A DNA stretch of 64,000 nucleotides from Octopus sinensis (GCF_006345805.1 NC_043000.1:116312001-116376000); one strand, 5' to 3'. Positions 1 through 11,964 are shown, counted from the first letter of the stretch. Translations and numbers: made by a program. The notes: generated from the sequence alone by a model not told the origin.

Positions 1-1138
1 AAAAAATGGGAGTAATCCCATTCCACACCAATTATATGTATACAATTATACACACTTGAATAATACATACTAGCCCTAATATACAGAACATACTAATAAT
101 CACCAACTAACCACCATCATCACAAATGAAACCCACACCCATACAATGACAAAACTCCCCCATACCCTATTTACACCTTCATAGTAATCCCATATATCTT
201 CCATACATGGACGCAAGTGCGTGAAGCACATGAACATATTAGTACGTACAACCCCTAATACACACTAATATATACGTATCAAGCTCGACCTCCACAGTGA
301 TAAGTTTACACACAATCACACCCAGATGGGTGAATTGCACAACCAGTGAATGCTCACACATACGGGCGCGATTACTTGTTGCATATATCGAGCCAAAATA
401 GTATGCATATGTACATGTGAGGGGTACACGTAAATGAAGTGAGCGTGTACCCCCTGTATTTATACCCGTGCGTGAATATACACATGGAGACTACCACACA
501 GGTACAAATGTGTTTAGAAATGGAGCCGCCCATCACTACACTTAATGTATACTCTCACCCATCCGCACGGATGTGTAAGTGTATCTCCGTGTATATGTTG
601 AGGCTTATATGTAGAGTTGTTGAAGGGAACGTCGTTGAAATTGTGAATGAATGGGTAGAGTTGGGAATTTGTAACCGGGTGGGTGGACTAGTGTTGCTTG
701 GAATTGTGAAGGGATTAGGGTGGTAATGAGGTAGGCATTGAGTATGGGTTACTGTAAGTTGTTTGTTAGAGTTGCTAGGGTGAGCTAAAGCTCATAAATG
801 TAATATAATTGATTTTCATGATAGTTTTTAAGAATCCATTCATAATAAATTTTTTTTAAGTAGCGTTGGTTTGCTACGTGGAAATAGTTTTTAGTTCCAT
901 TTATTATATTTCTCCATTCATACTATGAATGACGTTTAGGAGGATTTTATCGTTATATGTTTTTAGAGTTTTGTTTTATCATGGTTTTTTAGGGAATTCG
1001 TGGTAATTAGTCTATATTTTCGATATGGATTATATATAGGTTATATATGGATTATATACTTATATTTTTTCATTATACTTTAATTTATTTAAAAGTATTA
1101 TTTTTTATTTTAAAATTTTGATTTTTTAGATTGGAAGT

Positions 1139-1181
1139 CCACCTGAAGATTGTCGATCAAGACAAGAAACTATTGTAGTGG
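1139..1181 (+). ncRNA. Minimal type I hammerhead ribozyme motif (Penelope-like element type)
   Basis: CCAC-CTGAAGA-TTGTC(GATCAA)GACAA-GAAAC-TATT-GTA-GTGG. Core intact, 5-bp stem II, 2-bp stem III, 4-bp stem I, GUA cleavage triplet. Confidence 0.7.
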
Positions 1182-1354
1182 CGTTTTTTTGACTATTTAT
1201 TAAATTTTTGTATTGATTAAGTCTTTCCTTGTTTGTTTTGCAAAATAGTGGTTTTGTCTCAAATAATATTTTATATATTTTACTATAAAATTGGATTTAA
1301 TCCTAAATCTGATTTTTATTTCCCTGTAAATTTGGATATATTCCCTAATATTTA

Positions 1355-1392
<38 letters not shown>

Positions 1393-1893
1393 CATATATA
1401 TATATATATATATATATGTGTGTATATATATATGATATAATATATATATATATATATAAGTATATACATACATACATACATACATACGTAAAAAAAAATA
1501 TTTATTATGAATTACAGCTCTTGTACTTTAACAATAATTTCTCTTTCATTTTTCGGGGTTGCTCTAGTTCCTACTTGAAACCAACATACTAGAGTACTTG
1601 ACACACTGAGTTTAGGAGCAGACCTCATGATAATTCTCATAAAAATATAATAAATGTAGTCCGAAAATAGACAAGGTCGAACAGGATAGGAGGAATGTTC
1701 TCAAAGATATTTTCAATGCATAGCTGGAGATAATCATTCCTTCCTACGTTCCTATAAAACAAGTAAGATAGATATATTGTTGTATTTAGGAATGGTAATT
1801 TTGCCAGTTTAGCCAATAAAAGCACACGCACTATATATTTGGTGTTACTTTGCTTCAGCGTTATTTTTTTTACATTAATCTTAATCTTATTTC

Positions 1894-1938
1894 GGCCAGA
1901 GTTCTTTCGTCACACTCCTGTGACCGCATCAGTGGTCC
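1894..1938 (-). ncRNA. Degenerate minimal hammerhead motif
   Basis: GGACCA-CTGATGCG-GTCAC(AGGAGT)GTGAC-GAAAGAACTC-TGGCC. Stems I and II are retained; the core has A9->C plus one extra base. Confidence 0.45.
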
Positions 1939-2059
1939 TTTGTTTTCTTCTTTCTTATTTGAGTGTCTCTCCTTACTAACCGTCAGCCATTTTGTATTTC
2001 TATTGTATATATAAACGTAAGTAAGATACAGGCTACCACGAATAAGGGGTAATAACGAC

Positions 2060-2400
2060 TGGCTACGACACAAGGAAATATGGAAAGCTCCATGTTGGGA
2101 ATATCTTTATTGGAGCATATCTTAAGCGAGTTTTTTTTTCGAGGAAAGAGTGGATTGAACGATGTAATTGCAAACGACCATAAGCAAAACATTCGCTGGC
2201 CTGGATATATCGCATGACTCATAAACAACAAGCAGGCAAGAATTGTCAAGTGATATCAAAGCGATGGATGGAAACGGTTTGAAAAAACGTCAAGGTGATG
2301 TGGGAGAGAACGGATGAAAAACTTCGGACCTAAACGGAAGAGAAAAATGCAGTGAAGAGAAGAAAGGAAAGCCATTATGACCAGCAACAGATGAAGATCA
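2060..2400 (+). mobile_element. RTE-clade LINE 3' remnant (decayed)
   Basis: Frameshifted translation MESSMLGISLLEHI / GLNDVIANDHKQNIRWPGYIA resembles RTE ORF C-termini (MERSMLG...RWAGHVAR). Confidence 0.65.
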
Positions 2401-2431
2401 AACGATAATATGCCCGATCGATCGGTAGATC

Positions 2432-2510
<79 letters not shown>

Positions 2511-3373
2511 ACATATATATATCTATATATATATATATATATATAGCTAGATAGATAGAGAGATAGATATATATATAGATAGATAGATAAATATACAGAC
2601 GGATAGACGTACAGATAGCTAGCTAGCTAGAAATATAGATAAACAGACAGATAGATAGATAAAGAGAGAGAGAGGGAGAGAGAGGTACCCTTCCATTGCT
2701 TTATCATTTTATGTTCGAACATCCATACATATGAATGTTGACATAATTACAAAATGAAAAACTAATTATCTGTGGAACCAAATCCCACTTCCTAAAACGA
2801 ACCACTGGAATAAATGTAAAAAAACACATAACATTGCCTTTGAAATCCATAACGTCCATTGAAATCACTTTCAGATTTTGTGGTTATAAGATTAAGCGTA
2901 CGACAGATAGACATCACGGAATCATTTGATGTCCTTTTATCTCACAAGGTACAGCTAGTTGATTCATTATACATATCTTTAGGGAATAATAAATAATCCA
3001 GTTATATGTACAAGTATGATTTTTCTCTGATGATCCTACAATAAATAATTAAATAAATGGATAAGTAAATAGACGCATGCAAAGAACGGGATATCACAAC
3101 TAAAGTCTCCAGTATTCTTTGCTTTTTACTATGAACAAGTAAGCATTTGCAAATAAAAAATTGTCTTATCGAGAAATTAGAAATCAAAGAAAATACTTTT
3201 TTCTTGTAAGACTGCTGAATCATCAAATGAAAATTAGAAAAAGAACAAACTTTATTTCTTAAAATTCGCTGAATACCAGTCGCAGTGGTCGCTGTAGAAG
3301 AAAGAGTGAGAGACACACGCAGGTATACACACATAAATACAAAATGGTAATATCTGTCTATCTGTCTGTTAGT

Positions 3374-3481
<108 letters not shown>

Positions 3482-3798
3482 GTGTGTATATCTGTCAGTC
3501 AATCTCTCTCTTTCTCCCCCCTCTCTCTCTCTATCTATCTGTCGATCTGTATATGATTTATATATGATTTATTTTGCACGATTTTGCTTATATTTTGTTA
3601 AAATATATGTTATTTGCAAGTTTTGGGGTTACTTGTATATACATATGTATATATATATATATACATTTACAGATACATATATACATTTACAGATATATAT
3701 ATATATGTTTGTGTGTGTGTGTGTGTGTGTGGTGTGTGTGTGTGTATGTATGTATGTATAAACAGAAGCAACTCGACTTACAAGTTTCCCAACTATGA

Positions 3799-4360
3799 GA
3801 TTACCCTGGTACGAGCCGTCTCACGGCCGAATTTCTGTTTTGAGTCGTGAGCTAAAATTCGAGCCATCTTCAGCCATGTTACGAGCCATCTTCAGATAGC
3901 CCACGTCTAGTTGTCGTACCAAACGCCACATAGAACCCCTAATACCCGCTCTGTATTCCGTCTCTTACTCGATAGCTAGACAGACATGTGCTATAGCAAA
4001 TCCGGAGAGCGTTAGTGTATCGTTAGTTAGACGGGTGGTAAAATACTTACTCAGTCGTTGCAGGCTACAGAAGCATCGGTGTTGTGCTTGCAACTGTGTT
4101 AACATTTATTTTTCAAAACTTCGTTTTTCCAAACATGTGTCCGAAGAAAGTGAGTGCAAAGGACAGTTGTAAGAATAAAATGCGGATTATGTGCACTGAA
4201 TCAATGAAAGAAACATGATGAAAGTGCGCGTGAGTTGATTTGGCGAAGCAGTACGAGCGTAGCGTTTCTAGGATCTGTACCATACTGAAGCAGGAGAGTC
4301 GATAAAGGCTATAATGCCAGCCAGGGCGTTAAAATAATTTCTAAACAGCGGACATCTTAG
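3799..4360 (+). mobile_element. Tigger/pogo DNA transposon 5' fragment with decayed transposase N-terminus
   Basis: From ATG 4135: MCPKKVSAKDS.. then VDLAKQYERSVSRICTILKQ (CENP-B/psq HTH-like), with stops and frameshifts. Subterminal direct repeats GAGCCATCTTCAG. Confidence 0.7.
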
Positions 4361-5661
4361 CAGCACACATTGTTCTCCTGCAATCACCTTTAGTGATTGT
4401 TAACACCTTTACCGTTTCAATACATTACTCAAAGCTAGGAACACATTACCTAACCATGCAAGAACATCTTACTAAATGTAACCTCTGCTAACTAACAATG
4501 ATAACAATCGTCTTCTTACCTTGTTCACTCTTTCTTTTTCTTTTGTGTTATAAAATATAGCTTTGTACTTAACATACAACTTACCTTAATCATGAAATAT
4601 GGTCTTGCCTCACGTTTCGTTCAAATGTTATCTATTTGTATATTACTGAAAATACTACAGTTCTTCGAAAAGCCTGTCAGGCATCTTTGATCGAACACAA
4701 TAAATCACATTTTGAAAAGACATCATTTACGATTTTATTTCATCATTTTGAACACTGAACTGTACAATAATAATAATGGCATATATCAAGAGAGATGGAA
4801 CAAGAAATTCCTTTGACAGTAGGACATTCGTTACAATGGAAACATTAAAAGTATTCGGAAAACACAGCCTTTTTCATTACATCAAACAGGGGGTGTTTCA
4901 ATCTTTAAACAACACAGCTTGTAGATATATCATAGCATTATTATATCAACACTAATATAACATAGAATATAATCATTCTTTCTCGAATCTCCTTTCCTCT
5001 CTGCTGTCTTTTAATCACAATGCCTCTCTGGCTTCTCAATTTCGCTCTCGCTGTAGCTCTCTCTCTCTCTCTATCTCTTTCTGGCACACGCACACACATT
5101 TGTAATTTTCGTTAAACAATAAAACAACAAAACGAAGCACCTAAGAATGTTTATCTTGGTTATGAGAAATATAATACATGTTTGCTTTGTTGATTTCTTT
5201 GAGCGTTGATTCTTTGATTCTTTTATGTAAGTCCTCACCATTTATGTCTTCTGGTCGCACGTTTATTCACCTAACGTGTTTATTCATAATTACCTACATC
5301 TACCGGAATGGTTTTATTAAACTAATTGAAGATACATATATTTATATAAATACATATAACATTTGTGTATATAAAAATCAAAGCCTTTATTAACACATCA
5401 AGTGGAAATCTTTTTCAAAATGTAATTTACAACGGATTAATTTAACGATTTCGGTTATATGGGAAATACGAAGAGATTATTCATAATATTCTCCGTTTCG
5501 AATGATATTAACACTTGTTAACAATTCACATTATTAAAGAAATGTCGGAATGTATAAATATATACACGTAGAGTGCAATCATACATGCGTAAATAATTCC
5601 AGAATTGCAGCCCATTATATGCGCATATAAACACGTATGGATTTATACATACATGCATATA

Positions 5662-5693
<32 letters not shown>

Positions 5694-5715
5694 CACACAC
5701 ATATATATACTTATA

Positions 5716-5746
<31 letters not shown>

Positions 5747-5778
5747 TATATTATATATATATATATATTATATATAAG

Positions 5779-5809
<31 letters not shown>

Positions 5810-5811
5810 AG

Positions 5812-5843
<32 letters not shown>

Positions 5844-5881
5844 TTATATATAAGTTATATATATATAATATATATATATAT

Positions 5882-5914
<33 letters not shown>

Positions 5915-6418
5915 GCAGCAGCATTTGCTCACACTTACGGATTCATATTCTATAACATACATACATGTGCAAATCCATGCGGAATATTCATTTGTATCCA
6001 TTGTCCTATGTGCACTGATTTGTGTAACAAAATATTTACATAAAAAAGCATTTGAAGATTTCCCAGAAAGAAGAATACAAGTTAAATAACATCCTTGAAA
6101 TCCAGTTAATTAATGGGACATTTAAAATTTACAAATCATTCCATTCAAGTCACCAAGAAAATAAATATACACGCCACTGGAAATACGTTTACGGCAAAAC
6201 AAAAAAAACATTACACACAGAAACGCAAGCACTCGAGCGTATGATAAAGCGGCATGGAGGTCCAGCACATGATTGACTACATATTTACATAAACAGTCTC
6301 ATATATCCACATATTGACTCATGCTTACATTCTCAGAAGTCAGTTAGAATGGCTTCAATGCAACTGAAGCGTTCTCATTTTTTTAAAAAATTTTTAAGTT
6401 AGGTTATGCAGAAAAGAA

Positions 6419-6601
6419 TTAAAAGAATTTCAAATCCCATACATTCATTATCCACTTATTCCTGCAGCAGCTTTTGTTCATTGATCTGTGGCCATAATGA
6501 AGTTCTCCTTCGAGAGAGTAGTCGGTTATGTCTATCCCAGGATTTGGTTGGTATTTTTTTTTGTACATATCGGAAGAATTGAATGTTAAGTGTACTTGGA
6601 T
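6419..6601 (-). CDS. Candidate last or near-last coding exon (IQVHLTFNSSDMYKKK...WDLKFF*)
   Basis: Acceptor ctctttttcgcccag|ATC in phase 0, open for 60 codons to TAA. An internal AAT|GTATGG donor is an alternative. Confidence 0.6.
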   Translation of the reverse strand: MQVHLTFNSSDMYKKKYQPNPGIDITDYSLEGELHYGHRSMNKSCCRNKWIMNVWDLKFF

Positions 6602-6623
6602 CTGGGCGAAAAAGAGTATACTC

Positions 6624-7026
6624 TTTACTCTTTTGCTTGTTTCAGTCATTTGATTGCGGCTATGCTGGAGCACCGCGTTTAGTCAACCAAATCGGCCCCA
6701 GGATATATTCTTTGTAATCCTAGTACTTATTCTATCGGTCTCTTTTGCCGAACTGCTAAGTTACGGGGACGTAAACACACCAGCATCCGTTGTCAAGCGA
6801 TGTTGGTGGGGGTGGGGCAAACACAGACACACACACACACAGATATATATATATACATATATACGACGGGCTTCTTTCAGTTTCCGTCTACCAAATCCAC
6901 TCACAAGGCTTTAGTTGGCCTGAAGCTATAGTAGAAGACACTTGCCCAATGTACTACGCATTGGGACTGAACCCGGAACCATGTGGTTGGTAAGCAAGCT
7001 ACTTACCACACAGCCACTCCTGCGCC
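6624..7026 (-). mobile_element. SINE family B (tRNA head, CORE-like CCTTGGGCAAGTGTC block, internal microsatellite)
   Basis: Full-length copy, head GGCGCAGGAGTGGCTGTGTGGTAAG. Similarity to octopus OR2/CORE-SINEs is recalled, not verified. Confidence 0.88.
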
Positions 7027-7563
7027 TATAATTAAATGAATTAAAAATTCTAATCAATAACCCCTTAATTCTACAATCCATTGTGCTCTATGACGTTATT
7101 TATGAAACATATCTAAACATATACATATATGAATACATACTTACTTATTTCCATATTTTTATTACACAGATGTTCTGGGCTTGTAAATCTATTCATAGAC
7201 GAAATATATTTTCGCATAGCCTCTCACCTATTTTTACTCTGCCGCTCATAAATGCTGGCACACATATTATTTATGTTACCCTTCATACGTTTAATAAGAA
7301 TCATTACCCTATCTATATTACAGAGTATACTTTGTGAATTTGAGTTTATTATAAGTTTTCTTTATTTCAAAACTTGGGGTTGTGTTGAATTAACATTTGA
7401 GAGTTACTCGGAAACCCGATTGGCTACGAAACTTTACTACTGAACATTAGTTTGGCACGCGCACACACAAACACACAATACACACATATTGATATACATA
7501 CACGTACATAAAAATATATATCTATACATACGCACAAACACACACACACACAACCGTACATAT

Positions 7564-7629
<66 letters not shown>

Positions 7630-7679
7630 TAGTCATGTAAAACTACACTAGTTTTCCAATAATAAGCAATATTTAAAAC

Positions 7680-7769
7680 CTGATGCATTTGTGTGCTACA
7701 TTGAAGCTCCGTGTGCCACAAATCTAATAACATTCCGTGCGCGGTGTATAAATCTAGTAAATGTAATAT
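7680..7769 (-). CDS. 90-nt candidate exon (ILHLLDLYTAHGMLLDLWHTELQCSTQMHQ), phase 0->0
   Basis: Acceptor agttttccaatag|, open frame, donor CAG|GTTTTA (weak). Confidence 0.62.
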
Positions 7770-8049
7770 CTATTGGAAAACTTTAACAATAAATTCATTC
7801 AACGAAATATGAAATTTCTGTTGATAATTTGAACATCAATATCGTCAGTAATAAACATTACATAATCCCCAAAATATGGGCAAATGTTTTGAGGAAAGTA
7901 CAACATATTTGGCACAATATTTTGAAATAAAATTTTAAGGTTTCAAATTCTACGAAATGGAACAATCAGCCCATGCACTCGTATTTGCCAGTTATCCTAG
8001 TAAATAAATGTTTCTCTACAACACTGTTCGAGGATACGGACATTATCAA

Positions 8050-8250
8050 GGCGGCGAGCTGGTAGAATCGTTAGCACACCGGGTTATATGCTTAGCGCAT
8101 TTCGTCCTCATTTACGTTCTGGGTTCAAATTCTGCCGAGGTCGATTTTGCCCGGGGGTCGATAAAATAATTATCAATTGGACACTGGAGTCGTTGTAATC
8201 GACTTAATCCCTCCCCACAAATTGCTGGCCCTGTGCCAAAATTTGCAATT
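8050..8250 (+). mobile_element. SINE family A (tRNA-like head), short-tail form
   Basis: GGCGGCGAGCTGG..GTTAGCAC A-box region and GGTTCAAAT B-box. Shared with at least 10 copies in the window. Confidence 0.85.
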
Positions 8251-9242
8251 AATATTTCTGAAATTACTTGGAGTGCTGCCGTTGTTGATGACTTTGAATG
8301 TCCGTGAGTCCCTCACGAAAAATAAAGTAAACGATATCGCCTTTATTGACGTAGTTCAGCGAAAAAGATTCATGAGAAGTATTTGTGTGGGATTTGGAAG
8401 GTGACTTATTGCAAGGTTAACGGGAGGATCAGAAATATATTGGAAAACAGAACGTAACTGAAACGGTCCCAATATCTACTTGAGAAGGAAAGATGTTTTA
8501 ATAACGGATAAAGTGGTGAAAATAAAAGAGAATGTGAAATACAGATTGCAAAGTATTAATTAATGAATCATTATCAACCAGTTGACTCATTAATTGTTTC
8601 GATGTGTTTATATATCTTAGTGTTCGAATGCCAAATTTATATTACTGTTGTAAAGGATCCTCCAATTATCATGGATAAAGAATTTTAAGGATTTTGAAGA
8701 GAGGAATCATTGTGATTGTGACTCAGTGTGGGTGGTGTTATGAATGTAAGGTTGTCAAAAGATATCTTAATTGATGTTAGCGCTCATCATTTACAGTAAG
8801 AAACGTATAATAATTGTGTCTACGTTTGTGTGATATCCATAAATCCAGAGAGTCGTTGTAAATTATCAATTAAATAGCATCGCGAGTAGACTTTATCGCT
8901 AAATCAAACGTACGCTTGTTTTCCTGATCGTACCTAGATAATTGGCTAACTATTCAGTTTAAAACTGTACTTGTAGCCTTCAATTAATTTGTGGGAGGAA
9001 ATCGTATTATACTCTGTGTTAGATTGTTTATACATTTATTAATATATCATTATTAATGATGGATATTTAGTCATTTTGAGAAAGAAGAAATCCTGTAACA
9101 AACCATTTGGGCGTCTTAATTATTTAAGTCTGCAAAAGAATATGTTTCTAGTGATTTTCTAAACAAAATTTACTATGGCCACAAGTACAAAAATGTGTGA
9201 CCAAAAGATTCTACAATTTTGACATCGATCAGTCTCACTCAC

Positions 9243-9270
9243 CTTCAATGCAGTAAGAACATGGTATATC
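9243..9270 (-). CDS. 28-nt candidate microexon (R-IYHVLTALK), phase 2->0
   Basis: Branch-like CACTAAC (9294-9288), acceptor gcgttttcag|, donor AAG|GTGAGT. Phases fit both neighbours. Confidence 0.72.
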
Positions 9271-10195
9271 CTGAAAACGCAAATTAGGTTAGTGATATAT
9301 AAAATTAAATTAAAATAGGATTTGATATGACAGAACTGTTCTGCAATTCTTTGAAAATTCTTGAAGATAATATCAGTTCTTGAAGATAGTATCAGTAAAG
9401 TTCCTATCGCATCAGATAACCATTCTTAAACTCTTATTCACTTCAGAATTGTTCAAATTATATTTATCTAAGAGAATGAATGGAGCATATAGTCTTACAT
9501 AGAATTAACCTTATTATATTACCTACTACATGACTACACCTCTGTTTCCACTATTCCATATTCCTTTTGTAAACGTACGCATTGAAACCATTGCTGTAAA
9601 ACAAAATGATCAGAATAACCAGACATACCACCATGGTTATTAAACTACTTTTAACAATTCACAGCATTAAATCAATGAAGCAGTAATAATAGTTACGTAT
9701 ATTAATAGTTTATTGACTGCTTATCGAATTGCAAAATGATATTGGTAATAAAATGAAATAATATTGATTCGTAAATATTCCAGAAGACTACAAACGCGTA
9801 CAGAAGTTTAGACAACTAAATTTATCTGATTAGAGTTTCGGCATTTAATTAATCGGCTGAGACTTTATGGAAAGTAAACTTCAATTACAGTAGGAATTTA
9901 ACTCCGATCAAAATGTGGGTTGTTTGTGTTTAACATGAAGCAAGTGCTTCTAGTGCCTTGCTATGTGCCTTCCACTACGAATTATGTTCATCTAATTACA
10001 ATGAGAAAACGTCATACACTGGTAACAAGTCTAAAATTATAAATTACTTGTTCCTCTTTCTTACACTCGAAAGTGAAAGTAAAGCAGACCTGTAGAGAAG
10101 AAGCCGTCGTTAGAGAATTGAGTATAATTCTATGCAGTAAAATGTGTGTTTTCGCGTCTATCCTGCAACGCTTAAGTGTATGTAGTAGGTGTTAA

Positions 10196-10426
10196 GGCGG
10201 CGGGCTGGCAGAAACGTTAGCACACCGGGCCAAATGCTTAGCAGTATTTCGTTTTCGCTACGTTCTGAGTTCAAGTTCCGCCGAAGTCGACTTTGCCTTT
10301 CATCCTTTAGCGGTCGATAAATTAAGTACCAGTTACACACTGGGGTCGATATAATCGAATTAATCCGTCTGTCTGTCCTTGTTTGTCTCATCTGTGTTTA
10401 GCCCCTTGTGGATAGTAAAGAAATAG
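10196..10426 (+). mobile_element. SINE family A, long-tail form, with 16-bp TSD
   Basis: TSD GTATGTAGTAGGTGTT at 10178-10193 and 10427-10442. Confidence 0.92.
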
Positions 10427-10562
10427 GTATGTAGTAGGTGTTCACTATGACATCACCTTCCTATAAAACGTGAAGATGGATAGGCATAATTTTGTAATAC
10501 ATAGCACATTTAATATGGAATCATAACATACATAGTTCAAATCCTGCCTTGGTCAACATTAC

Positions 10563-10743
10563 CTGTAATTCTTCCGGGGTCCACAAAGTTTAGTATTAAA
10601 CAAGTAGTCTTGTCTATTTAATCGACTAATATTGTCTCCAGGCTTGTGCAATGATGCAGCTAGAGTTAAGAATGCCGAAATGAACTTAAGAGTATCGATT
10701 GTGGTAAAAGGGTGGAGGAGGTAATACGACTGATACAATATTC
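10563..10743 (-). CDS. Candidate coding exon of unidentified multi-exon gene (ILYQSYYLLHPF...LCGPRKNY), phase 1->2
   Basis: Only one open frame over 181 nt. Donor CAG|GTAATG. Its end phase matches the next exon (9270). Its 5' end is disrupted by the SINE multimer; the original start is probably 11576. Confidence 0.7.
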
Positions 10744-10752
10744 CTTTAAATA

Positions 10753-11555
10753 AAAGCGGCGAGCTGGCAGAAACATTAGAACGCCGGGCGAATTGCTTAG
10801 CGGTATTTCGTCTGTCGTTACGTTCTGAGTTCAAATTTCGCCGAGGTCGACTGTGCCTTTCGTCCTTTCGGGGTCGATAAATTAAGTACCAGTTACGCAC
10901 TGGGGTCGATGTAATCAGCTTAATCCGTTTGCCTATCCTTGTTTGTCCCCTCTGTGTTTGGCCCCTTGTGGGTAGTAAAGAAATAGGTATTTCGTCTGTC
11001 GTTACGTTCTGAGTTCAAATTACGCCGAGGTCGACTTTGCCTTTCATCCATTCAGGGTCGATTAAATAGGTACCAGTTACGCACTGGGGTCGATATAATC
11101 GGCTTAATCCGTTTGTCTGTCCTTGTTTGTCCTCTCTGTGTTTAGCCCCTTGTGGTTAGTAAAGAAATAGGTATTTCGTCTGCCGTTAGGTTCTGAGCTC
11201 AAATTCCGCCGATGTCGACTTTGCCTTTCCTTCTTTCGAGGTCGATGAATTAAGTACTAGTTACGCACCGGGATCGATATAATCGAATTAATCTGTTTGT
11301 CCATGTTTGTCCCCTGTATGTTTAGCCCCTTCTGGGCAATAAAGAAATAAGAAACGTTAGCACGCCAGGTGAAATGCTTAGCAGTATTTCGTCTGTCTTT
11401 ATGTTCTGAGTTCAAATTGCGGCGAGGTCGCCTTTGTTTTTCATCCATTCGGAGTTGATGAGTTAAGTACCAGTCGCGTACTTGGTTGGATCTAATCCGC
11501 TGGCCCCTCTCCAAATTTCGGTCCTTGTGCCTTGTGCCTAGAAAAGAAAAGAGCG
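10753..11555 (+). mobile_element. Head-to-tail four-unit SINE A multimer with a single 12-bp TSD
   Basis: Units of about 180-230 bp joined at AAATAGGTATTTCGTC (units 1-3) and AAATAAGAAACGTTAGC (unit 4). TSD TTCCTTTAAATA at 10741-10752 and 11556-11567. Confidence 0.9.
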
Positions 11556-11576
11556 TTCCTTTAAATAGCTGCCACC
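11556..11576 (-). CDS. Displaced 5' end of the same exon (GG TGG CAG CTA TTT AAA GGA A), separated from it by the SINE insertion
   Basis: Acceptor aataattcctag|GG at 11577-11578. In frame with 10740-10563 once the insertion and one TSD copy are removed. In-frame TAA just upstream of the acceptor. Confidence 0.55.
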
Positions 11577-11905
11577 CTAGGAATTATTAGCTTTGCACGG
11601 AAAATGATGAAAGATGCCTTACAAACCCTATATTAATGGGGTATCTGATAAGTCAGACAAACATGAGAGTACCTGACAGCCTGCGTTCTAATCTAGTCAC
11701 AATGTAAATGCTGAAAGGATTAAACCTACAGCATACCCAGATTTACATCCATGTACCATTCAGCATTGGTGGGCATACTCTATGGATATGCATATTCTTA
11801 CACATACAAACGAACACAAATAGTTGAGTGGACAGGAACTGTTTCTACATAGCCCAGTGGTTGAATGGTTGAGGTTTGTATCTATGCACTGAATTTTACT
11901 AGACT

Positions 11906-11964
<59 letters not shown>

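Noticed and set aside
3002-3292. Minus-strand ORF after strong acceptor tcttctacag|
   Set aside because: Phase 1 start has no convincing upstream partner once 6419 is taken as the stop.
3858-3900. CTGAAGA twice on the minus strand as a hammerhead
   Set aside because: No stem II/GAAA arrangement; these are subterminal repeats of the Tigger-like element.
4585-4645. Exon with strong acceptor (ttttcag) and donor (AAG|GTAAGT), minus strand
   Set aside because: All three frames contain stops; could only be a UTR exon.
8280-8520. Possible mariner remnant (VPH.., VWDLEG)
   Set aside because: Only two short motif echoes; too decayed to support.
10753-11555. CRISPR-like repeat array
   Set aside because: Units are 180-230-bp SINE copies without unique spacers, in a eukaryotic context.
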